A stretch of DNA of 64,000 nucleotides from Lingula anatina (GCA_051362555.1 CM120648.1:16612587-16676586), one strand, 5' to 3'. Counted from the first letter of the stretch, positions 51,332-62,200 are shown. Notes: generated by a model from the sequence alone, not told the origin. Numbers and translations: made by a program.

Positions 51332-51433
51332 CTCAACTTCATCTGAGGTGTCATTGACACAGCATTGGTTGCTAAACTTGGGTTGTGGAGTTGGCTCATT
51401 CTGTTGGTTTTGTCCCTGCTCAACCATCTTCAT
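51332..51433 (-). CDS. probable first coding exon of the DD/CARD gene (MKMVEQGQNQQNEPTPQPKFSNQCCVNDTSDEVE)
   Basis: ttttgtag acceptor (exon from 51444), ATG at 51433, strong GAG|gtgagg donor phase 0 matching the 43469 acceptor; same Q/N/P composition. Confidence 0.55.
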
Positions 51434-52876
51434 TGCTTTTGCTGCTACAAAAATCAACCAAACATCACCATATTGTTCCAAATACAAAGTGGATAATATA
51501 TCATTTAAAATGAAATATTTCAGATCCAAAGGAATGCCCATAAAAAACACAAGGAGAAAGTAAAAAAACTAGAGATGGTATGTTAACAATTAAAATGTTA
51601 TGTTCACCGATACTGATAGCCAGTTCCACATTAAAAGACAGTCACAAATAATCTTTATAGTTTTACATGGTAGTTATCAGTGGCATACACATCTGTAATG
51701 TATCATTACTGGTATCTGACAGGACACATGCACTGTGCAGATGTTGTAAATTGTACTGTTATTGCACAATACCATCCTCAAATTAACAACACAGAATAAT
51801 AATTCTAATGATAAGACTTAATCGAAAAAAAAGCAGAATTTCGGCTGATAAATCACAGGGACGATAAAAAATAAATAAAAAAAAGATATAAAAGTTGCAA
51901 CTAGTAGATGATGTGCTGCAGCAGTGTAAGAAATTTCGCCATTACAAAAACGTTGTTATATATTTTGTATATGTGAAACATAATTATATAAAACTAAGAC
52001 ATGGGATAAAATTTTTAGAGTTTTTCTAGATAAAAACTAGAAAATCACTCACAGAGCGCAGATCACTAAATATTATGATTATAACATGAAGGTTTTTCTT
52101 TAGTTAATAACTTGTTAACCTACAAATACACATATTATTATATTGAAATATGCCTGGCTTATAGACTGTTCAGAATGAATCTTATCAACTTTCATTTTTT
52201 TTTTTTTTAATTTAGAGCAGACCAAGAACATTTTTACATAATTCTAATGGGTTCATGGAAATTGGTCAATAACAGTAAAAAGTTTCTACACTCTACGTAC
52301 ATTTTTTATATGACTAGCTGTGTGCTTACCATAAAACTAAGAAATTCATGTTCAGGCATTATAAACAATATAAAATGTTTTTCTTGTGACTTGTTAATTT
52401 AAATGAAGCATATTATAAATTCCATTGAAAAGAGTCCTTCATCCATATTCAAAATCCTAATCACTAATGGGTTCATTGAAATTGGTCAGAAACAGTAAAG
52501 CACTATAGAAAACTTCTTACATTTTTACTAAACATCAGCTGTGTGCTCACTAAATTTAAATATTGCTTAAAAAGTTTTTTAATGAAATAAAGGCAAGCAT
52601 ATTCATGTATAAAAACATTGTAAGACTAATTAACTTTCAAATTTTTTTACATGTAATAACAGTAAACTCGTTAGCGTATGAGAGTGCGTAATTACGCGTT
52701 GTTTTGCTGTTTTTACGCATTGGCTGGAGCCCCAGCGCGTACGATTACGCACACTTTTGGCTTTGAAGATCGGCGAAGTTGACCAGTCCGTTGACTGTTG
52801 ACGGTCAGACTCATGTTGAAAATGTCATAATTGATTCCCAAGTGTCTCATTTTTTTCTTAAGATATTTGAATTACC

Positions 52877-52975
52877 CGACTAAAACATGCTTCTTCTTTC
52901 ACTGACCCGCAGAGGATGACGTAATCTTCTCTGATTGGTCATAATATGCAAGTTTTAGGTCAAAGCACGTGTGCC
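52877..52975 (-). promoter_or_regulatory. candidate core promoter/first non-coding exon of the DD/CARD gene
   Basis: On the - strand: TCAGT initiator (52901-52905) with a downstream G|gtaatt donor near 52877; upstream TGACGTAA, CCAAT box and CACGTG; locally CpG-rich. Confidence 0.35.
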
Positions 52976-53947
52976 TCTCTTTAGTATAAACAAGGTATGA
53001 ACAACGATGAAATGATCGTTTTTTTATTCACATAATTGTTCAACATTTTAATTGAGCAACCATACGTTTAGGACCAATTTAAATCACTCGCCCAGACCAA
53101 ATACTTTAGGCCAGTAACCCTTGTGACTTTTGTAGTTTTAGTCGTCAGAATAAATTTTTAGTCGCATTTGACGAGCGGGCGACCGGGAATTTCCAGCTCT
53201 GCTGATTACCAGTGATGACAAAATGACGAGAAAAAGGAAAAGCAAAGGAAAAAAAACAACAGTCAATAAAAAGGTTTTGTCATGCAAGGTAGGCAAAGTT
53301 ATTTACTATAGATTTCAGAGGACGACATACCTACTTGCGATGGTTGCGTTTCGCAACTAGTTTTATCAGCCGGGCAACTAAAATTTAGCTGGTAGTTGCC
53401 TGGAAACGCAAGTGACTTTCGGCTGTTCACTTGCCCGGAAAATTTGAAGTGTAAAATTTATTATCACAGACAAAATAGATCGTTTATTATTGGCAGTCAT
53501 TTGCCAGTTGGAAACAAAGTGGTTTGCAGCAACCGGCTAGCTCCAGATTTGGCCAGCTTAGAAAACAGTTGAACTTGAAGTGCTGCGCTAACAAACATAA
53601 ATAAAAATTATCTTTCAACAAACTGTGAAATAATATTTCTAGTAATTATTTACAAATTGAAAGCAAAGGTTTAATTTTTATAAACAATTTAGTAAAACTT
53701 AAAAACGACGGGTGCCTAATGTTCCCGACTTGACCTACTTTTTGTCGGCATCAATTTTAGGGAGAAACACTAGGAAGAGTAAGAAGTATGAACATTTTGA
53801 TTGATTAAAATGGCTAAATATGTAAATTTTGTGTCCCTTCTCAAATAGTATACTAAAAAATGCTTGTTTGACAGAGACGGATACTGGGTGACTACTTGTC
53901 AGTGTCCAGACATTTTGGCGCTGTTCTCTATCTCTCCCTCTCCCAAC

Positions 53948-54121
53948 GGGGCCGTAGCGATAGTCCGAAGGTTCAATAGTCTGAAGGTTCATTGGTCCGA
54001 ATGTTCACTATAGAACCTTCGGACCAATGAACCCTTGATTAAAAAATTGATGAAAATGTAACCACTTTTCGGACCAATGAACCTTCGGACCAATGAACCT
54101 TCGGACTATCGAGACGCCCCC
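53948..54121. mobile_element. MITE with TIRs built from 16-bp subrepeats and an 8-bp TSD
   Basis: cgatagtccgaaggttc.../...gaaccttcggactatcg; ttcggaccaatgaacc repeats; ctcccaac at 53940-53947 and 54122-54129. Confidence 0.85.
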
Positions 54122-54669
54122 CTCCCAACTATTACAGAGCGCTTGTTTGACCTAGTTTTTTAAAAAACTTTACTAAGGAAGCAGTTAGGCCAGGAGCATT
54201 TTTAAATCTCAGTCAAGAATAGATTGTAAATTTTTTAAAATGAGATCTTTTATTTTGGGATTGTTATTATTATATTTATTTTGAGATTTTTGTTTTCAAG
54301 CCAAAAGAGGAATGTTTTCCTTTTGTTACATTTACTAGGTAGCACCAGTTACTTTTACTCTAGTCAAAGAAACACAGTATCTAGTCGTGACCTATGCGTG
54401 ACCTGTCCATTTTGTTTTTGTTTTCTTTTTGTTAAATTGCAATAATAAAAGATTTTGGATAAAAGGATAGTGGGTTATTGTTATGAAAGTGAACTGTGTG
54501 ATTGCATGATTATTAATACACAAAATTACACCTTGATGAGCATTTTTTAATTTTACCCCTCCATTTTGAAAATTACCCCTTCTTTTTTTGGGCAAGGGGT
54601 ACGGTACTCCCTTAGAAAAATCCTACCGAGTGCACTGTAATAAACAAATCCATCCACAGTTAATACATG

Positions 54670-55620
54670 TTACTCACCTTGTATCAGTTCAATGTACTGG
54701 AATGTCTTAACATTGCCGTCATACTCTCCCACCACCAGTTGACCAGCAGGGTTGATGACTACTGCCTGGGGAAACTCCAACCCATCATCCTCAGTGACAA
54801 TGTATCTGATAAACTGTCCCTGTGGACTCAGTGCCACTATACTGTGGTTATCCCAGTCAGCAATGAAGATGTGACCATAGCTGTCTGTGCACACTCCTTG
54901 TGGTAACCTCAGTTCACTGCCTTCTCTGCTGCCGTTATACTGGTACAGATGATCACCAGTAGGTGACAGCACATGTACACAGGGTCCCCACGTGTCACTG
55001 CCCCAGTCTGATATCACAATGTTATCATTCACACTGTTCACTGTGATGTACACTGGGTATCCACACATACTGATTGGAATAGTGTTCAGGAGCTGTCCAC
55101 TGTCTGCATGGAATGTCAAGATGGACTTCTTTCCAGTGTCATAAACCATCACATGACCTTGTCTGTTCAGTGTAATACCCTGTGGAAACTCCAGTAGACG
55201 CCGACCCATGGTTGTCACCTGCTGACCTCTGGTGGAGTACACTTGGACACAACTGTCACCCTCTGATGTTATATACAGGTGACCAGTCTGTGACACAGCC
55301 ACATCATATGGATAGTTTACTTTAATGACAAACTTAAATTGCCCTTCGTGTGTGAAAACTTTTGTTCTGTTGTTTTTATAATCCACAACAAACATGTGTT
55401 CATTATCTATGGCTAACCCAGTTATGTAGGTTATTTCTCTATCATATCCCAGTTTAGCACTAAAGGAATGCACACCTTCTGCCTTGTCTAAGAAAACATG
55501 TGGATGTGTAGCTAATGTTGTATTTGTTTCCTGTTCAGCTAATGGAGGTTGTGTCTGTACTGTCACCTGTCCTGATCTTGGATTTACACCTCGTCTAGAC
55601 TGCCCTAACATGGCTTCCAT
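54670..55620 (-). CDS. NHL-repeat beta-propeller protein (TRIM2/3/71-like C-terminal domain); possibly a terminal exon or truncated gene
   Basis: 316-aa ORF with about 6 NHL blades (YPYDVAV, FPQGITL, YPVYITV, LPQGVCTDSYGHIFIADWDNHSIV, FPQAVVI). Confidence 0.85.
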   Translation of the reverse strand: MEAMLGQSRRGVNPRSGQVTVQTQPPLAEQETNTTLATHPHVFLDKAEGVHSFSAKLGYDREITYITGLAIDNEHMFVVDYKNNRTKVFTHEGQFKFVIKVNYPYDVAVSQTGHLYITSEGDSCVQVYSTRGQQVTTMGRRLLEFPQGITLNRQGHVMVYDTGKKSILTFHADSGQLLNTIPISMCGYPVYITVNSVNDNIVISDWGSDTWGPCVHVLSPTGDHLYQYNGSREGSELRLPQGVCTDSYGHIFIADWDNHSIVALSPQGQFIRYIVTEDDGLEFPQAVVINPAGQLVVGEYDGNVKTFQYIELIQGE

Positions 55621-56504
55621 TCCGACAGTAGATCCTGTAATTTCTGTCAGCGATTGCTAAACTTTATGTTCACTTCTGGTGCTGCAGCTTTGAGATCACA
55701 GTAACATAAACACTTGCTCCATATACCTACACGTCGGTCGGATCATATCTCTTTCTTTATCAAATATGTTCAGCATTATCCCACAATCTCTGTCCTGTTG
55801 TGATCGGAGTTTTTTTCCTTCCTCCACCTAGTCTGCTCTCCATGTGCCAAGATAGGCCACCTCAGGTGAGTGAGCTAGGCCAGGTGGGGACAGCACGCCC
55901 CCTGCAGGAGATCGTCACTATTGTGACATCACAACTGTCACAAAGTCAATTGTCAAGATTCTACACTCCGTACCGGACGTGTCCAGATTGACGATCCATC
56001 TACCATTCAATCAAAGAGCATAACAATAGCCAGCGATCACTCACCAATTCAGTAAGTAGACACAGTGAATACTTTATTGGCGACGAGGCATTCGTAACTT
56101 GTATATTTGCGGGCCTATAGCTTAGTTTTCGCTGCGATGTAGCTGAAATGAAATGAAACTTACGGAGTGAGATTGTAGATCACTGTGTATTGTGTCTCAA
56201 TTCTGATTATTTTTGTACGTACTGTAGTGATCTGGCATCAGTGTGTGGCTTGTCTTGGCCTCGATCCGAGTCGAGGCTGAGTGTCAGTTTGGGAGAAACT
56301 CGATAGCTGTAAGGAGTGGGTTACAGCGAGGAGCACTGAGAACAAAGGGCGACGCCATTACTGTGAAGCAAGATAGAGATAGAGGTTGGAATCCTGATTT
56401 CTAGTGGTTATCTATAGGAAAGGGATTTCGTTACTGCTAAGGTAAGCAGATTATTAGTAGAAATATCCGGAGCTAGAGTTGATTAGCGTAAGGGATTTCT
56501 ATAT

Positions 56505-56515
56505 TGGTGGCAGCG
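56505..56515 (+). promoter_or_regulatory. primer binding site complementary to the tRNA-Leu 3' end
   Basis: TGGTGGCAGCG is the reverse complement of ...CGCTGCCA-CCA of metazoan tRNA-Leu(AAG/TAG); about 250 nt before the gag ATG. Confidence 0.75.
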
Positions 56516-56766
56516 AAAACAACGAGCCCACGTTGCTGAATAAAAGTTTAAAAACGAGTAGTTGTTTGTTTTTTCATACAAATAGCTGTTTTTCTAGTTT
56601 ATTCAGCGGTTTGCTTAGGCAGACGTTACTGTTTTGTAGAAATTTTGCAAGTAACAATTAAATTGTGGGTGCATTATTTCTAGAGGGGGCTATATTTATA
56701 TATTTTCAATAAAGATATATTTATAGTCGTTTGTGTTCTTCATTTTTATATATATTGATATTAAAT

Positions 56767-59250
56767 ATGGAGAATGTACATGTCATTAAAGTCAACTCGG
56801 CTGACGTTCAGGAGCTGTCACTAATACCGGGTGTTAGTGACAAAATAGCTGAAACTTTGGTGTCAGCGAGACAAAATGGTGGACAAATCACCAGGGAGTT
56901 ATTGCAACTAATAACTCGAAAGAAGTTGACGGATGATGTGGTGGAGTTATTAGACTTTACTCCTAATACTACCCTCTCTACAGTACAGCAAGCCTCTGGA
57001 GGTAACACCAGCGCGGATCAGAAAATGGTGTCACGGGAGCCCAGTAGTTCTTCGGGTTTCGGGATTGGGTGTTTATGGACTTCTACACCCATTCGGTCAC
57101 CCTTGAGTGAGGTACCAAGGGTTGACGAGAGGCGCATGGTCTCCACGCCTGTACAGACAGGAGAGGGGATGAGGGAAATGGTCTCCACTTCAGTGCAGAC
57201 GGTGGTATCTACACAGACTGGAGACGAGTCGGAGTTACATAGGAGGTATGTAAACCTGGAACAGGCAGGTGTTAACCAGGCACCTGGGGGGATTCCTGTG
57301 GGTTCCAGACAGGAATCTCGAGGGCCAGCTAGAAGGCCGTTGAGTAAAATTCCGTGGGGAATAACTCCTATTCCCGAGAATCCAGGGCATGGTGATGACA
57401 CTGAAGTGAAAATTCCATTCACTCAGGATATGCGTATACCTGGAAGGAAGACAGAAACCAGCCAAGTGCGACAGGCTACTGTACACTGGAAAACAGAGCC
57501 AGTCCCAGCTTACACCCGAGGGAGTCATGAGAATTATGGTGCAATGTATCAGCCAGGTCCGTTCACACAAGGCCAAAATGGACCGACTACTGGGGTCAGA
57601 CATGTAACTTTGCAGCCAGGTGTGGTCACACGGGACCAGTGTGGACCGAGTCTTGCTTTTATGCAAGATGGGCAGCAGTCAGGTGGGTTCACACAACACC
57701 AGTGTGGATCGAATCTTGCTTTTATGCAAGATGTGCATCAGCCGGGTGGGGTCACACGAGACCAGTGTGGACCGAGCCTTGCTTGTGTGCAAGGCGGGCA
57801 GCAGCAAAGGGAGGTCACACGAGACCAGTGTGGACTGTACCGAGATGTCAGACCAACAGGGTGGCAGCCAGACCAGGTCACACTAGATCACTATGGACCG
57901 AGCCATGCTTATATGCATGGTGAACAGCTGCCAGGTGAATTTACACTGAACCATGGTGGACCGAATCGTGAAAACTGTGGTCGGGGTCTAGAGCCATTCA
58001 GACAAGACTGGTTGAGACCGGACTATGGTGAACCAGTACCAGTTACCGGTATCAGCACTCAAGGATATGACTGTGGGGGGCCATACCAGGCGCCAGTCAT
58101 TTCTCAGAGGAGAGCTGATGTACCCTGGGAACCAGTTCCTACTAATGAGGCTTCTTACCCTATGGAAGTCGGAGGTAGAGGTGTCCAGGGAGGACATCGT
58201 GGTGTACAGGGAGGATATAGTGGTGTCAATGGAGGACACGATGGTGATCATAGGAGTCATGGTGGATGGGGATCTACAGTTAGCGCCCCAACACGGAAGT
58301 TTAACCCTCCAAAGAACTTAGTCTTTGATGGGCGTGGTAACTGGACTGCATTTAAGAGCTTATTTGTCAGGCATGCAGTTCGTGAACAGTGGGATGATGC
58401 CTTATCCCTCGATGGGTTATGTTGGTGCCTGCGAGGAAAAGCTCAGGATTACTATGCTATACTGAGTCAACGGGTAGGTGGCCTAACATACCGAGTGTTG
58501 CTGCATGAACTGGAGAAACGGTTCGGAGAGCGGGATACGCCAGCTACAGCACAGTCGCGTTTCCAGAGTTCAGTTCAGGAGTCTAATGAGTCGTTAGATG
58601 ACTGGGCTGATCGTGTGTTAACTTTGGCAGGTCGTGCTTACGAGGGCTTGCCGGAATCATTCACTGATATGCAGGCGGTGAATCGATTTTGTGCTGGTTT
58701 ATTGGACAAGGAGGCGGGGCATGCTATTTATATGCGGAGTCCTCCAACTGTTCGTGAGGCAGTGCGTTTGGTGAGGATGCATCAGCAAATGTACCAGGTG
58801 ATGGAACACACGGTGCCGAGGAGGGGTCGTCAGGGAAACCCGAGAGTAAATCAGGTAGCGACGGCCGAAATACCTCCAACACCTGAGATGTCCAGGTTGG
58901 TCCAGTGTATGGAGAACATGGAGAAATCCATTAAATCTTTACAGCTGGATGCGAAGAAGAAAACACCTCCTAATCCGGATATGTCCAAGTGGGTCCAGCG
59001 AATGGAGAATATGGAGAAATCTATTAAGTCTCTACAACTGGATGCGAAAAAGAAGGCGATCGAGAAAAGTGGGTCGCTGAAGGCAGAAAATGGGTCCAAG
59101 TCTGAAAGTAGACCTATGGATGGGACTTGTTTTAAATGCCGGGAAAAGGGACATTTCATCCGTGAGTGCCCAAGATGGGGAGATGCCTTGGAAAAGAGAC
59201 AAGATAAGGTCTCAGGGGCGAAGCAGGGAAACGCCAAGGGGTCGAGGTAG
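56767..59250 (+). CDS. gag: Gag: N-terminal HhH motif, 21-aa repeats, capsid-like domain, CCHC zinc knuckle
   Basis: ATG 56767; FDGRGNWTAFKSLF...W...L.GKA...LEKRFG...Q..NESLDDWADRV capsid pattern; CFKCREKGHFIREC at 59128-59169. Confidence 0.92.
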   Translation: MENVHVIKVNSADVQELSLIPGVSDKIAETLVSARQNGGQITRELLQLITRKKLTDDVVELLDFTPNTTLSTVQQASGGNTSADQKMVSREPSSSSGFGIGCLWTSTPIRSPLSEVPRVDERRMVSTPVQTGEGMREMVSTSVQTVVSTQTGDESELHRRYVNLEQAGVNQAPGGIPVGSRQESRGPARRPLSKIPWGITPIPENPGHGDDTEVKIPFTQDMRIPGRKTETSQVRQATVHWKTEPVPAYTRGSHENYGAMYQPGPFTQGQNGPTTGVRHVTLQPGVVTRDQCGPSLAFMQDGQQSGGFTQHQCGSNLAFMQDVHQPGGVTRDQCGPSLACVQGGQQQREVTRDQCGLYRDVRPTGWQPDQVTLDHYGPSHAYMHGEQLPGEFTLNHGGPNRENCGRGLEPFRQDWLRPDYGEPVPVTGISTQGYDCGGPYQAPVISQRRADVPWEPVPTNEASYPMEVGGRGVQGGHRGVQGGYSGVNGGHDGDHRSHGGWGSTVSAPTRKFNPPKNLVFDGRGNWTAFKSLFVRHAVREQWDDALSLDGLCWCLRGKAQDYYAILSQRVGGLTYRVLLHELEKRFGERDTPATAQSRFQSSVQESNESLDDWADRVLTLAGRAYEGLPESFTDMQAVNRFCAGLLDKEAGHAIYMRSPPTVREAVRLVRMHQQMYQVMEHTVPRRGRQGNPRVNQVATAEIPPTPEMSRLVQCMENMEKSIKSLQLDAKKKTPPNPDMSKWVQRMENMEKSIKSLQLDAKKKAIEKSGSLKAENGSKSESRPMDGTCFKCREKGHFIRECPRWGDALEKRQDKVSGAKQGNAKGSR

Positions 59251-59268
59251 GGGGCCTATCCTCGATCC
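59226..59268 (+). promoter_or_regulatory. -1 programmed ribosomal frameshift signal
   Basis: G GGA AAC heptamer in the gag frame, short spacer, stem-loop gggtcgaggtagg-ggg-cctatcctcgatcc; the -1 frame is open into pol. Confidence 0.85.
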
Positions 59269-62200
59269 GAGACGACGCTAGGTCAGACGTCAAAGATACT
59301 GATGATAAGGCCCGAGAAAAAGGATCTGAAGCAGAAAAGAGCACACCTGAGCCAGAGGTGGTGTATGTGAACCAGATTGGATCCGTATCCGACTACTCTT
59401 TAAAAATCAGAGTAGGTGATAAAACAGTGAGGGCATTAGTGGATACCGGTGCTCGTGTCACCATTTTATCTGACAGTATCTACAATAGCTTGAAAAATCC
59501 GCCGAGAAAATTAAAAGATGTGCAGTTGTGGGCTGCAGGGCGGAAGATGGCTATGCCGGGTTTTATCGCAGGTCCGATAAAATTAAAAATTGGACACAAG
59601 TGGTATACGGAAACAGTATACGTGGCTCCTTTGGAGGAAGAGATGTTGCTGGGAGTCGACATATTGAGAGATCGGGGTCAAGCCATGATTGATGTTGGAA
59701 GAGGGATTCTGCACTTCGATGACATGAGTTTAACGTTGGACTGTTGCCTGGAGAAGGGTGTTCCCCAGATAGCACGCGTTATGGTGTCAGAGCGCCGGGT
59801 AATTCCTCCTAACTCTGTAGTCAGAGTGGCATGTAAAATGGACATGGACCTCGATGATTATGTCATAGAGCCAGTGGAGAGGGGCGCGTGTAATTTCTTG
59901 GTTCCAAGGGTTATACGTAATAGGGGGAGTGACCCTATTATGGTGCTGATTAACCCAAGTGACAGGTATAAGCTGCTACAGAAGGGGTCAGAAATTGGGA
60001 GGGCTTTTTCTTATGAAAAAGTCGTGACGTCTGGACAAGCGTTTGACGAACATGTGCAATGTGGTTCAGTTTCGACTGAGTCGAGGGTGTCTAGTACGAC
60101 ATCGAGTCAAACTGAAGAGGATGTGGTGAGAGTAAATTACTCTATTCCTGCACCGCGGAGGCCTAAGGTGAGACCAGCCGAAGGCGAGGGTGAAGAAAGG
60201 CCAGGGGTTCCTCCACATTTACAGAAGGTGTTCGAGGAATCGAGTACAGAGTTGAGCGAGGATCAGCAAGCTCAACTGGGTCAAGTACTGACCGAGTTTC
60301 AAGATGTGTTTGCCCAAAGTGAGTTTGACTTAGGTAATTTTACTGCCTTAGAACATACAATTGACACGGGGCAAGCGAGGCCGATCAAGCAGAGGATGCG
60401 GCGTACACCAGTGTGTTTTGCTAATGAGGAGGAGGCTCATCTGCAGAAAATGATTCAAGCAGGGGTAATACAAGAATCCACATCGGATTGGGCGTCAGCG
60501 CCGGTGTTAATTCGTAAAAAAGATGGTAGCGTTCGTTACTGCATTGACTACCGTGCTTTGAATGAAGTTACCACTAAGGATGTATTCCCACTGCCACTGG
60601 TGGACAATTGTTTGGATACCTTGTCGGGTAGCGTTTTCTTTAGTAAGTTGGATGCAAACTCAGCTTATTGGCAGGTACCCATTCGAGAGGAGGATAGAAA
60701 GAAGACCGCGTTCATAACAAAGTATGGATTGTATGAACACATTCGCATGGCGTTTGGTCTTTGTGGGGCACCAGCTACCTATGCCAGAATTATGAATTTG
60801 GTCTTTCGAGGTTTATCATGGAAGACGGTGCTGGCGTTTCTGGACGATATAGTGGTGCTGGGTGCGAGTTTCGAGATTCATCTGCAGAATCTGCGTGAGG
60901 CTCTAATGAGGTTTAGAGCGTATGGGCTAAAGTTAAAGCCGAAGAAGTGTTCTTTCTTCCAAAGAAAGATCGAGTTTCTAGGTCGAGTAGTGACTGGGGA
61001 CACCTTAGCCATGTCGGAGCATGATATCCAGGTGGTCAGAGATTGGCCGATGCCAACATGTGGAAAGGATGTCGAGAAATTTATGGGCCTAGCAAACTAC
61101 CACAGGACGTTTATCAAGGACTTTTCCAAACTCGCTGCTCCACTATATGCCATGACTGGTAAGAACAATTTTCAGTGGGGTGAGGAGCAATCTGTGTCAT
61201 TTAGATCACTGAAGGAAGCATTAACTTCACCACCAGTGTTGGCTATTCCGAGGCAGGATGGCGAGTATATTTTGGACACAGATGCGAGCGAGTATGCCAT
61301 TGGAGCAGAGCTGCTTCAGGTACAAGATGGCGAGGAAAAAGTTGTAGCTTACGGAAGCTACGGCCTCACGAAAGAGCAGAGGCGGTATTGTACAACACGT
61401 AAAGAGCTGCTTGCTGTTGTACGTTTCACCAGGCAGTATAGACACTATCTCCTGGGGAGGCCATTCATGGTGAGAACCGACCATTCGAGCTTACGTTGGT
61501 TAATGAGGTTCAAGGAGCCGCAGGGTCAGTTGGCGCGATGGTTAGAGGAGCTGTCGCAGTTCAACATGGTTCTATCACATCGGGCAGGGCGACTTCATGC
61601 AAACGCGGATGCACTGTCAAGAGCTGGACACACGGGGCAGTGTTTAACGTTTGGGACAGGGGTGCGCCTTGGAGACCTACCCTGTGGAGGATGTGAATAT
61701 TGTAAGCGTGCTCACTCAAACTGGGCCAGGTTTGAGGAGGAGGTTGATGATGTGGTGCCATTGGTGATCCGAGGGGAAAACCAGGGGGGTACCACGAGCG
61801 TCGAAAGCGATGAAACCTCAAGTGACCGACAGAGTAACAGTGGCAAGACGGTAAACACTGTTATGGTTGACTCAGTGAGGCAGTTTTCAGAACCGGAGGT
61901 ATTGGGACCAGTGGTAGATACCTCGCCTGATGAAAAGGTGGAAGACATGCCTGAGTACCAGATGTTGAGAGAGGTGATTGAGAATATCCCATGGGACCCA
62001 GGGAAATCGGTCCGAGTTAATGTGATCACCACTCGTCAGCAGGCTAAAAAGATGAAAAGAACGCCTGAAGTGGGCTCTACTGGTGTAGAGTCGAGTTCAA
62101 AAGAAGTGGGCTCTACTGGCGTAGAGTCGAGATCAACTAAAGTGGGCTCTACTGGCGTAGAGTCGAGATCAACTAAAGTGGACTCTAAGGATATAGAGTC

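Noticed and set aside
56223-56503. Exact 5' LTR as TGTAG...CTATA
   Set aside because: The end is TA rather than CA and no second LTR is in the window, so boundaries cannot be fixed.
56767-56930. Bacterial comEA contamination
   Set aside because: The HhH motif is in frame within Gag in a continuous eukaryotic context.
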